From Adineta vaga (lineage: Eukaryota > Animalia > Rotifera), in the NCBI GenBank assembly GCA_021613535.1, contig CP075495.1, positions 5,022,001-5,086,000 of the forward strand: a stretch of DNA of 64,000 nt. Direction: 5' to 3'. The translations under genes and the position numbers were made by a program. How positions within the stretch are numbered: the stretch's first letter is position 1; each line of letters opens with the position of its first letter. Positions 1 to 12,800 of this stretch are shown piece by piece. The notes beneath the pieces were generated by a model. It was not told the origin of the DNA and ran no database searches. It saw only the letters and a program-made list of their open reading frames with translations.

Positions 1-220
1 TGTAATGATGCTGGAGCAAATAAATATAATATTGGAAGAATTAAAGAAACGATTATACCAATAGACCAAGTAAAAAAATAATAATAAAAGAAAATGATTG
101 AATCAAAACGATCGATTGAACTATAACCGATATAATACGATTTCTAGAGAATTTATATAAATGAGAAAGATATGAGAAGACTTTCTTTTCTATTGAACTT
201 ACTGCTGCAATCCAATTCAT
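1..220 (-). CDS. 5' end of a membrane protein running off the window; weakly innexin-like N-terminus
   Basis: ATG at 220 (MNWIAA|gtaagt), short intron, then a frame open to the window edge: KSYIIGYSSIDRFDSIIFFYYYFFTWSIGIIVSLILPIIF. The D..F..Y..T pattern before a TM helix recalls innexin TM1. Confidence 0.35.
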
Positions 221-572
221 GATGATTGATAGAAAGTTATGTTGTGAATAGATAGGTGGTTTCTTTTTTTTAAAGTTGTGTTCGTAAATGAAACAAGAGA
301 TAAGAACATGATGATTATTTTAATTGAAAAGAAATTTGAGATAGTTATATAAAATGTATGTTCCTATTGATTCATTGTATGTGATTAATAAATATAAGAA
401 GTACAAAGATCTAAATATGATGGTTTAAATACTTTGCGTACGTTTCTTTTCATGATGCTATGGGAGAAAAAAACCTAATCTTTCAACTAAAACATACATT
501 TTATTAGAATAGCTATAAAACAATATCTATTGAAACATGAATTCAAACTGAATGAAAACGTTCTTTTTCCTC

Positions 573-2561
573 TCAAAATGAGGTAATAATAGTTGATTGT
601 GTTAAATCAGCAGGCACCGCTGGTTTTTCATCTTGTACTTTTTTCTTCTTTCGTCGCTCCTTAATATCAATAATTGTGTAACATATCATAGATACTGTAA
701 GTACGCATATTAGAATAGCATGCGCATATTTAATACGTATTCGTGGAGTATAAACATAAGCAATAACATATCCAAGTGATTCCCATAGACGAAAATTCGA
801 AAATGCTGATTCATGTTCTGTAAATAAAACACCATATGTTGCACTAACTATTTACAATAAAGAGAAGTGTAAAGATTATTTAGTTTTTGAAAAACTTTCT
901 TTACTTTGTGTTTGCCAACAACCATCTGCTATTCCCCATAAACCAGCGAGAATAAAAAATACCCATAATTGATTTTCTCGTGGCACCCAAAGAAGCATAG
1001 TTATGATTAATGCATAATTAATTATAGCAGCCAAAATAAGACAATATATTCGATCAATATGTTTAGCAATATAACCAAAACTAAAACTACTCAATGCATC
1101 ACATATACCAAAAACGATCATGATTAGACCAACGTATTTAATTCCAACAGCACAGGTTATAAAGCCCTAAAAACGAATCATTTGATTTACATGAAATTAA
1201 ATTTAGAATATTACTTTTGTGAATTGTGCAGCGATATAGGTTTGTTCAAAACCAGACCAAAGAGTAAATGGAATTAATAAAATTTGATTAGGATGTTTCA
1301 AATGTTTAAATGTTGAAGCCAAATGACTCAATGAATTCTTCAACGATCCTTTAATTCCACCTAGATTGTATTCAATTCATACTTTCAAGAATGTTTACTC
1401 AAAATAATCAAACATGTGACACTAACCTTTTGATTTTGTTTTTGTTCGTCTTTGATCAAGTAGAACACCAACTAGAATAATACTTGCTACAGCTAAACCA
1501 ATATAGATATAACATAATGTAAAGACCTTCAATAATAAATAAAATAGATCATTTCATTATTTTTCAAATGTAGATGACTTCATACTAGTTTCCTTGGTAC
1601 AGGATCATTCTCGACACCATGAAATTCTTTTTCTAAGAATTGTGCACCACATTGATATTCATTAACTATTGTACTTGCATTTGTTGAATCATTTGAATAC
1701 GATTTTTGAACAAGACTATCGGTTGATTCTCCATTATCAAGTGTTGGTTTTGGTGTCGGTCGTAAGACTAAATAACTGATCAGATTACCCCATATTTGAC
1801 CTTGTCACAAAACAAATCAAAAACATAAATACATGACTCATTGAATTCAATCAGTTTGTCATACTCGTTTGAAAACAAGCAAAGAATATACCAAAAAATT
1901 GTGTGACACCCGTGGCAGATTGTTTTCCTTTTGACTCGGCATTGAGCATTCCAATTTGTGTTACATACGCACCTTGAGATGTCCATAATGGTGCGCCAGC
2001 AAGACCTAATAAAACTGATGCAGGATACATCAATGCTGGTACAGCATATAAGTTTGCCGCAATGAATGCTAAATAACCAAATTGACATATAACAATTGTC
2101 CATTTCATACCAAATACACTCATCTATTAAAGTATTTCAAATATTTATATAGATATAATTCGATAGAAAATTACCATTGGATGTGGTAATAGTGCCGAAG
2201 AAAATATCAGAAAAGCATAGATAATAGCCATCGAATTCATTCCAACGTCACCTTCAACATTCAAACTTGATTGTAAATTTGCTATACCTATTCTAATAAT
2301 AATATTAAACTCTATATTTTTCAAAGAATTCATTACCTTGAAATGCCGTGAATAAAAGTATCCATGCTAGACAAATGACAAATAGATTCTTCCAAATTTT
2401 CCATTTCTTTGGCGGTGATGAACCATTATCTTTATCAATCTCTTTACTACTAAAGCATCGAGAAAATCTAACTATTAATCTTAATTCATTTGACAAGATT
2501 ACTTTTCAGGAGCATCATTATTCAATTCGATAGGTTCAACAGCAATATCTTTTTCTGTCAT
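573..2561 (-). CDS. unc-93: UNC-93 family MFS-like membrane protein (UNC93A-like), 9 exons
   Basis: Spliced frame is intact from MTEKDIAVE to IITSF*. Motifs: FTAFQGIANLQSSLN, GLAGAPLWTSQGAY, FFGIFFACFQTSQIWGNLIS, WSGFEQ, GLWGIADGCWQTQ, AFSNFRLWESLG. Confidence 0.95.
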
Positions 2562-4815
2562 TGATGATGAATTTAGTTCGAATGTCTAATCACACGTCTC
2601 ACTTCTTTAGGAAGAGAGTGAGATAGAGAGAAGAGAAGAGAAATAATTTCTATACAAACTTTATGAATATGTATATGGATTAACAAAAACTTTTCGTAAA
2701 CGATGAAATCAAGCAGTAGTTAGTGTACATATATATGCTCGTATATATATTTTATTATTATTTACTATTTGTGTGTTTGCGTAGTGAACGACCATGATTT
2801 CATGGTCATCAAATAGATTATTCATCACTGTCATTATCCCTGTGTAGTCTCTTTATATTTATTATCGTTTGTTGACAATCGCCTTTACAAGATTAGATCA
2901 ATTGAATATGATTGTGTTGTTTTTCTTTTCGTTCTATTTGTTGAATATTATTGTCACTTGTTTGTTTTCATATGATTGGATTAAGGAAATAGACGAAAGT
3001 ATAATAAGAATGAAGTTTTGTATCTACAATGATATTGAATGATTCATTCTGCATTTTGACTAGCTATATTCGAATAATCTTGATCAAATATTTTTCAAAT
3101 AAGATTAACAATATGAAATTGAACTGCTAAACTTCAAGATTTCTTAATAATATAAAGTAGAAACGTGTTATTTCTGGTGTTTACAATGAATATATAAATA
3201 CTTCAGTTTAGTGGTAAGATCTTTTACTTTTTCGTGTCGTTTTATTAATCATGCTAATAAACTTATATTGTCATTATTTGTTATAAAAAAAGAAAGAAAT
3301 GATCTGAAGTTTATCATTCATTTTGTTCGGGAATCTACGAGTACACAGTATGAATAAGAAAAAGATCTTATCCACACATTTTTTACATACCAATCCATTG
3401 ATAAATGAAACGAATCTTTCTCTTACAGACAATTTCTATTCCTCCCTCAATCAATGTAATTCAATACTAATAGGAAGAAACACTCCAGGAACGTCGTATA
3501 TATTTTCTCATTATCAAAAACAAGCCAGGTCTAACAGTATGATTGACGCATGTAGAATATAATACGCCTTCTTCTCTATTTGCGTGTATTTCATATTATC
3601 ATTTTGTAGAACACATATAAGACAGAATACGTTTTTTTTATTAATATATTTATTTTTCAAAACTCTCAAACTTAATTGTATACAAACAAGAAAGAGGTAA
3701 GTTATTTCATTCTTAAATAATCTCATATTTCTCTTTTATAAAAATTTCATTAACAAAATAAATAATGTGATTCTATATTTATTGAAATGTAAGAAGAATA
3801 AAAGAAGTGAAATACATCATTTTATTCTAACCTTGATAGGTCAATTTACTTTTGCGAAGTAGAAGAAAAAAATGTTCTTAAGGAACAAAAGAAGCTCGTT
3901 ATTGTCTCATACTGAATGCCTCTCCTGTCGTTATGACAGTCAAATTATTCATCAGAATCGATACATCAGATGGTTTTTGTCCTCATAAAACAAAGAATGT
4001 CATTTATCTTAAATTGAATCATTCTATTCCATATAAATAGTTAACGCTTATGAATCGTCATCTTTCTCTTCTCAAATTACACGATAAATAAATCGTTTAT
4101 TTCCTTAACTTACAATTTCGTCTTTTCTTATTACGTCAATAGAAATTAATAATAGAGATACAAATTTTTTTACCAAGGTCGAATATTTAGCATGTAAACA
4201 GAACTTTCCTTTTTCATCTTAAGTATTCTCATGCTAAATATTCTTATACATGTTTTATCACTTCCGCATCATCGTTCGTCCTTCTAAACGTACTTTCATT
4301 TATTCATCCGCAAAATAGTTATTATTCACCTTCGAAAAGAAAAAGGCAACATTTTTCTAGGAAAACGATAAAAATAAAATGATATTTTCATTGATTAAGA
4401 CACCAAATTAATTGTGTATTCATTCAAATAGAAATCATATCTGAAAGCCTTAGAGAATATCATCAACTTACGAAATTTTTTTACAGCGCAAAATTTTTCT
4501 GGGAATAGAATATATGTGTGGGTTTTTTTTCGAAGAACAAAGAATGTATTTCTTTTCTTTTCGTAGGTGCTTTAGTTAATAGAAAAAAGTGAAAATAAAT
4601 TCTTTTTTCTTTCAAATATTTCTTCATTGATCGAACATGCATTAAGATCTATTTGTATGTATATATATATACGCGCTCTTTTTTCAGCGATGTCTTAAGA
4701 TTAACATACATAAATGTAAACAACATCATGTCATTTTCCTTCTTTCTATAGTTTGACAATACACGAACAAATTTTACATTTCAATTTAGTTGTGTATTCT
4801 TTTAGATATTCAAAC

Positions 4816-5058
4816 ATGTCACAAGAACGTATTAGTGTTGGAAAACATATTTCGGATTTTCTTACAAAAATTTTCTGGCATTTTAATCATACCACACCGA
4901 ATTTTTCATATTCTAATCCTAATCATTCGAATTCATCGATAAAAAATCGTGGAAATCAATCATTTCATGTTACTTCAACTTGTCCAAATATTCCAACACG
5001 TTCTCATCATCCTACACGTATTCGAGCAACCACATTATCATCCATTCAAGAAGAATAA
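4816..5058 (+). CDS. small (80 aa) orphan protein
   Basis: caaacATG context after a ttttag acceptor-like site; host-like codon usage (cca/cgt/aca/tca); MSQERISVGKH...TLSSIQEE*. No family recognised. Confidence 0.5.
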   Translation: MSQERISVGKHISDFLTKIFWHFNHTTPNFSYSNPNHSNSSIKNRGNQSFHVTSTCPNIPTRSHHPTRIRATTLSSIQEE

Positions 5059-5583
5059 AATTCCAAAAAACTCAAACAGTACTATGTAAATACGTGCAAA
5101 GTCAACAACTGCGAATGACATTTATTTGAATTAAAAGAAAAACAAACATTTCTATTCTAGTCATAGTTTTCCTCATTTCCGTTGATTAATTGTAAATATA
5201 CATTTGTTCTATTTTGATACGAAATCAAATTGACTATTTATTAAATAAGATGAAAATAACTTCTTATCTGTAGGTTGTTAAATTATTAATACAAGAGGGA
5301 AAAATAGAGTTTTTTTTCTCTTATCATTATTGTCTCAAATCTATTGACAATGAGATATTTGAGACTATGGTAAACATCACGTCGTTTGATAAAAAAAAAT
5401 GAGAATAAATTCTTGTTTTTGCCTTTTTTTTTTAATTAGAGATATACTGAAGAATTTTGAAGCAAATAGAAAAGAATCGAATATTATTGAAGAGCATTTA
5501 TTGGTAAGGCATTTTGAGATAAATAAATATATAGAAGTCAAATTTATATTTAAAATATAAAAGTTCAAAAACAAAAGTAAATT

Positions 5584-6591
5584 TTATTGGGTATACCCTG
5601 GTGTTTGATTTGGAATTAATTCAATTTTCGTTTTTTTATCAAATTGATCGGCATCAAGCCAACGTTGAACAGGAAAAAAAGTTGTTTTATTTAATGTTTC
5701 ATTTGTCAGTAATAAATTATCAACATACCAACCTTGTGATTTATCACCTGTATGCCAAAGTGTTGCACCTTTGATTTTACCTAATGGTGGTAAGAATTGT
5801 ATGAATACATCGGTATTTCCATTTTCAAATAGATCTTTATTTGTTTGAGATGATTGTAATTGAATCGTTTCAGAATCGCCTCTTTCACCATGTATAATTA
5901 AATAAACATTCGCATCGGTACCGGCTCCACGTATTGGAATTAATTTTCTTCCTTCACCACCAGTGTGAACAACTATTTTATATTTCTCTTTTCCACGTAA
6001 ATCTCCATCGGGACAATTCGGTTTGGGTACACAATGAAATGCTAAAAATTCATAAAGATTTGGATCACCTTTTGAACGTCGAACGAATTCCTTTTTTGTA
6101 ATTTCATTTTTTTCATCTAAACCTAAACGTTTCATAACCCAATCGATTGTTTGTTGACGTTTATCTGTTTCATGTCGATCATCTGGTTCATCTTGTGTTT
6201 CAACTAAACTTAATATTGCTACTAATGCATTTTGTAATTCTTTTCGTGTTAAATTCGTATCAGCTTGATTACGATTATAAGCTTTAAAAGCTAATTCGAG
6301 TTTAGCTTTTTCATCCGAACCTTGACTTACGGTAACAACACGAAGAAATTCACGAAAATTTAATGCTTGATCACGATCTTCATCAAATGCTGTGAATAAC
6401 ATTTGAGCATACGAATCCGAATTTCGTGCACGAGGATAATAGGAACGATATAAATTAATGTAACGTTCTTTTGATATACTACCAGTTGGACATTCATTAA
6501 TAAATCGTTTATGCCAATCTTGAATAGCTGATTTATTTAAACCAGTTTCTTCAGCAAGTTGATTCAAGTCTTTGGCAGTTAAAGACGACAT
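5584..6591 (-). CDS. neuronal calcium sensor (recoverin/neurocalcin-like) EF-hand protein fused to a C-terminal PLAT/LH2 domain, intronless
   Basis: NCS signature WHKRFINECPTG and EF loop DEDRDQALNFREF; KLELAFKAY. PLAT motifs YKIVVHTG, GAGTDANVYLIIHGERGDS, LFENGNTDVF, GWYVDNL, FPVQRWLD. Confidence 0.9.
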   Translation of the reverse strand: MSSLTAKDLNQLAEETGLNKSAIQDWHKRFINECPTGSISKERYINLYRSYYPRARNSDSYAQMLFTAFDEDRDQALNFREFLRVVTVSQGSDEKAKLELAFKAYNRNQADTNLTRKELQNALVAILSLVETQDEPDDRHETDKRQQTIDWVMKRLGLDEKNEITKKEFVRRSKGDPNLYEFLAFHCVPKPNCPDGDLRGKEKYKIVVHTGGEGRKLIPIRGAGTDANVYLIIHGERGDSETIQLQSSQTNKDLFENGNTDVFIQFLPPLGKIKGATLWHTGDKSQGWYVDNLLLTNETLNKTTFFPVQRWLDADQFDKKTKIELIPNQTPGYTQ

Positions 6592-8249
6592 GATTTAGAC
6601 TGACGTTCTTATTGGTAATAGAATATAAATGAAAATCTTTAAAATATCTCGTCTCGACCTCTTCTTTCTCTTTCTCTCTTCCTTTTCTTCTTTTAATTTT
6701 CTATATAAGACTAAAAAAGAAGAAGACGAAGTAGAAGAAGAAAGAGAAAATAGTAAGGAGAGTCGATGTATTCATTATCGTTATTTGATATTAAAAAAAA
6801 GAATTTTTGATTTGACAAAAGAATGAGCGTGCGAAGAAACTGAAAGGGAAAATGATGCTGTTGTTATAGTTACATTCCAATGTATATTTGTATATTTGAT
6901 TGAACAGAACTAAATCAAATTGTTTTCTCTCTCTCTCTCTCTTTCTCTTTTCGACAACTAACTTTTTATTTTCAAGTGTATTTCAAAGAGAAAATACAAA
7001 GAATCTCTTCAATAAATTATTAAATAATATTAAAAATATGAAGAAATTATTCATAAATCAGAAAATACGATTCAATTTCTAATAAATAATCAATTTAATT
7101 GACAAGTCGATTCAATAGGTATTACGAAAAAGACGCTATATACACATAAGCCAAAGTCTTTTATTTCTTTCAGTCATCAAATGACAGTTATTACTTTAAA
7201 ATATATGCATCCAGGGAGACAACACATGCGTGTCTTCATTTACTTTTTTCAAATGTTCTACAGGCTATTTACTATGAAAAAGAAGGTAATCATAGAATAA
7301 GATTTCTCTGAAAAGTAAATATTCTGTTGAAGTTCGGAAAAAACATGACAAATGAATTTTGAGGAAACTCTATAGGAATCAAAGTAGTAAGAAAACAATA
7401 AAAGTGTACGTTCAATGAGTTTATATTGACATATTATATTCCAAGAAATGATATAGTAAAGATAGGGTTTCTGATCATTTACGAAAAAGAACAACATCTC
7501 GTGATTTGACTAGATATCTTGTGCTTACGAATGTCATGCACAATTAATTACTGATTTAAATACAAATTCATGATTTATGATAAATATACTAGTCGGATTT
7601 TTTATAAATAACATTAGTAAAGTACATATTGCTAATAAAGAACGAGAAATTAATTGTGAATGATAGTTGTCTCATCTGATGTACACCTCAGTCAATCAAT
7701 TCTTTTCAAGAAAACTTTATTATGTTAGACAGTCTGACAATAAAATATTTGAACTTTTAACTTGAGTTTTCTCTATTGCAGACCACATCCGACAGGCTTG
7801 AGTATTTCATCCTATCTAAAATGGCGTATTTATTTGATTTAAGGAGATTAGTTTTAGGAAATGTAATTGAAATTCTGTCTTTTACTATTATTTCAGATGA
7901 TGCTTTACTATAATGTGAATGCTGATATAGAAATTTTTAAACAGAAAAACAAGAAATTATAAGAAACATTTCCGATGGATCTTTATGACCGTCTCTAATT
8001 TGTCATGCATTTATGATTCATTCGTCTCTTCTTTTTTTTTTGAGAACATTATAGAACGAATGAATGCACTGGATAATATCACACATATTTATTTCCTTTC
8101 TTTATCATGTAGAGGGCACTATTGGCTCTTTATTTTTCACATACACTCTGGCGATCATTCATTCATTCATTCATTAACAAACATATACTACTGTACTGTA
8201 CTGTAACAAGCAAGCGAACACTTTTTTGATTTTTCTTACTCATTCAAAC

Positions 8250-9123
8250 ATGAATACAAGTAAGACAAGAATCTTTGTTTTTTTTTCAAATCTTATGAAC
8301 TATAAATTGAATTGATTTTAGGAACATCGTCACCACCCTACGCTCGAATGGTTGGCAATAGATTTGACGTCTCTGCTTATTGTCAAGAACCATTAGTTAC
8401 TGCATTGGATCATTTAACAAGTGTAAAATTTGCACTTTTTGCTTTAATTCGACCAGCATTGAAAATTGCTGCACGATCATTATTTGTTGAACATGAAACA
8501 ATTACCGTTTCAAATATTTTATCACAATTAAATTCGGACGCACCTATTGCATCTCCACCACCTGAAGCTCCACCACAACGACCAAAACGATCATTTGGTC
8601 AACGTTTGATACATTTTTTTACTGTCGGTATTCCATTAGCAATTCTTGTTGGTCTTCTTGCTGGTATTCTTCATTTTGTTAAAGCTGTATCAAATGATTT
8701 AGTGACTGTTATGAAACTTGGATCGAAATTATATTCAATGAGTCAAGAGGATGTCAAATTTTATAAAGGTTTGAAATGAAATCTTTGATTAGTTTAGTTT
8801 TCTAGTATTCTTTTTCTTATATGTTCATAGAAAATCCACAATTGGTTCCACCACGTAACGTAGCTATTGATGGAGTGATTAATACAGGCTTAAGTTTTTA
8901 TACACGGCGACTTATTTATCGAAAATTAGGAATGTTTCAATTTATTGCTAAACCATTTATGTCATGCATTGAATCGATTTTAACAAAACGTGTGATTAAA
9001 TTTTGTGATCGAATAGATAATCTTCGAAATCGTTATAATAATCGATCAAATACATCATCAGAACCATCAGCACCACCACCACCTTATTATAATGAAAAGT
9101 CGGATGATTTCAAATATGATTAA
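8250..9123 (+). CDS. hypothetical protein with one central hydrophobic helix and a C-terminal PPxY motif, 3 exons
   Basis: ATG 8250 (MNT|gtaaga), exons ~8322-8768 and ~8831-9123 join in frame; hydrophobic FFTVGIPLAILVGLLAGILHF; PPPPYY near the C-terminus. Confidence 0.75.
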
Positions 9124-9882
9124 ATCAATCAAATTGACCTTGTTTTACATTTCTTCTTTTTTTATATATATGTTAAACTCGCATTTTCTTTTGTGGTCGA
9201 TTTTCTTTTGTCAAATTTGAAAATGATATACCAGCTTGATTGTTTGTAAAAAGATTTATATTGAAAATATGATTAAAATGTTTGTAGAACATACACGAAT
9301 GATAATGAGTAAATAGTGTGAGTCATTATTTCATCATTTATTTATTATTATCTAAAGTGCGTGTATTCTTTTAGAATATAATTATTTGAATTTTGGTATA
9401 CATACATCATTCAGAGCAATTATATGCAATGATATATTTTAAGAAGTCAACTGATAGTTGATTAGGAATGGAAAAATAGATCTTGACACGCATGATGCAA
9501 CGAATCATTAAAAAAGAATTATCGAAATATTTTCTTGGAAAATTTACAAATAAAAGATAGAGTGAATTGCATTATTTAAAGAAAACTACTTTATTACTAA
9601 TAACAGACATAGAACGTACATAATCTTTCTATCTATATTAATTTATCAGAAAGTTTTAATTGCCAGAATATAATTTTAAATACAGAAATTTAGTTTCAAT
9701 TCCGAAAGAAGTTTAGTCGTCGTCGTCGTCGTGGATAGAGTTAAATAGAAGTTCTTTATTATTGGTTAACATCATAACCAATGTTAAAATGATGCGAAAC
9801 AACGAACTATCTTTATTCTTTTTCTAGATGAACAACAAGAATATTTTATATAAAATCATTCAAATCAAGACTAACTAATAAT

Positions 9883-12800
9883 ATGCAACCCGCAGGTAGC
9901 ATTTCTATTTTCTAACATTCACTAGAATACCTTCTTGATCTTTTTCTCTATCTAGCTATGATCAATGTTAGTAAAGTTGCTCCTTTTAAACCTAATGGAG
10001 CAAATTATATTGAAGAAGAGACAACAATAAATACTGAACAAGTAAAATCTAAATGAAACTACTTATATATTCTCTTTTTCTTATCTATTTGAAGGAATTA
10101 TGGTCAATAAGTGCAACAAGTAATCGTCAAGGTGATGAAGAAATTTATGCTCGAGGATCACATATTATATGGACATATCCACTTCGAGATGTTCAATGTC
10201 CATCTTATATGGAATTTACTACCGATACAATACCAAAAAAAGTAAGATAAACAAATTCTTTAAGGAGATAATCTATATTTTTCTATGTCTATATAGCTTT
10301 TATGGACAAAATTTGATCAATGCTCAATGTCTTGTAAATGAAAATGAAAGTATCATTATTTGTTCCTTATTATCTTGTATACTCTAGGTGAACATGGTGG
10401 AACAGAATTTCCAGTCATCATCGAACAAAATTGTTTGACTGTTCTTGGAATGGATACTGGTTATACGAAAGTTGCTTTACCATTTTCTGTAAATATATCC
10501 AACATTGTCTCTTTTTGTCTTTCTCGATCAATATTCATATGTTTTTTCGAAGGTTTCTAAAGTTTGGCCATTTCAAAATGGTTTAACCATTGAACGACAA
10601 TCGTAAATATCTCTCACTCTTACTTTCAAGATTTTCTATCAATTTATCTATTTAGAAATGATCATTATTTACCAAGTTTATTCTCTCTTTCACATCCTTT
10701 GGATGAAGTAAAACCTATTATATCTAGACATCACGGTGAATGGTTCTATAGTTCAGATAAACATATGTATACAACAGCAGGTTTAGCAATGGATGAACAT
10801 CTTATATTGCGTTATGATGAAATTGATCGAGTGCATAGTTTATGGTTATTACGAAAATGCACTGAAGAAGTAAAATTTTCATCTCTATTTTTGTTCTCTC
10901 ATTTGTATTTATATTGAAACTAATAGGATCGTCATCAAGCAACAAATATGACGTTACCTATTATGAATGAGAGTAATCTAGGACAAGGATTGAATCCACA
11001 ACATACTCTACTTAATCAACCGAATATGTCATTGGCACAAATATCCATGATGAATAATACTTTACCACGACGTTCAAGTATTTTAGCAACAACGGTAACT
11101 GGTACATCAAATCCTGCTGTTGGAACAAATTCTTCACCGAATCCCAGTCATTTATTAACAAATCCAAGAAGATTAGCATCGATGGCAGTTATTTCGTATG
11201 AAATTTATTTGTTTTCATTTGAGTTTCATTTCAAAAATCTGAATATTTACATCTAGACGATCACCATTGTCAGATTCAATTAATCGTGGCGCATCTCGCT
11301 TGCCACCATCACAATTTTTATCATCGACAACAGCAGCTACTCCATTTTCATGTTCAACATTAACAATAGGAAATGGTGGTGGAACAACTCATCTCTCCCA
11401 CTTTCCAACAGCAGCATTAATCGATCGAATGGGTACAAATGGTAGTTTTATGGCTACACTTAATGCAGATTGTGCTGCTCATTCCAATTCAATACCTGAT
11501 CCTCTCTCTCCGGATTATTGCGTGGAATTCATTTGGTCAGATACATCATACACTTCATTAGCAAAGTATAATATGAGAGAAAACTTGAATAGCATCATTT
11601 CGCTTTCTTTCATTACAGAGATCCTGAACAATGTGCAACGAAATTTTTTGGCGTTAGAGATTTATCTGACCATCGATGGGTGGCATTCTTATTACCACAT
11701 GTTAGACAATTGAGGTAAGAATTACATTCGATTGAATGTGTTTTTAATTGCATAAAATCATCTCTTTTAGACTTGTTCTCTTGGAAAAAACAACACTTGG
11801 AACAGTGAACACTGGTGTGAATAAAGTTGAAACTATCAGTGCAAAAGATGCCATTTTCGTTTCAGTATGTAGTCTTATTCGAAATTTTTCAATCGTAAAA
11901 TAATGATTTTCTGCTAGTCATTAAAATTTCTTGTTGTACTTGATTTATCACGTTCAATTCTTTTATATTCTGGTGCATCAAAAGTAGATGGATAATAATT
12001 TTATTTCATAAAGATTTTAGAATGAATCTTTTATAAATTGTTAGATAGCTAAAGTGCTTCTTCATGAAGAAACAGGTCCATTATCATCGAATTCTTTTCT
12101 TCGTTACACACCATATCAACGTGTGCGAACATCCAGTCGACCAACAAGTTTCCATCGTACTCCATTACCATTAGTATATCTTTTTCTTTGAATTCATTTC
12201 TTTTCATAAATCTAACTATTTGTTTGTTCCTTTGCTAGAAATTTCCTTCTTCACCTGTTTCATCGACATTAACACCAGCTGCACATGCACCTCAATCTTT
12301 TATGTGTGATGAAAGTCTCAATGATCTTCATCCCACAGCAATATCCAACATTCAAACGCCTGGTGGTTCAGGAAATACAGGAAATTTTCTATCAACAACA
12401 CGTTATGAAGCGCTTGATGATGTTCGAAGTCGATTATTTAATCTTAAATTACAAAATAATCGTTATTATACCGTTGAATTACCCAATATCTGTCATACAC
12501 CATTATGTAAATATCGTTTTTTTTCCTTTTTTATTCATTTATTTCTTTCTTCCAGGTTTATCTGCATTGAAAGCTGTCTGTTCATGTGTACCACGTGAAG
12601 TCTTCAACCAATTTATAGCAATATTTTATTCATCAAATATCGATCCAATTCATGAACATTCACCTACTGAATGGTATACATTTGTAAAAACATTATTAAC
12701 ATTAATTGGTTATGATCTACGTAAATGTTCTTATATCAAACGATTAGAATCAAAATCTTCATCTCCAACACCTCCACAAACAATTAAAAAAACTAAAATT

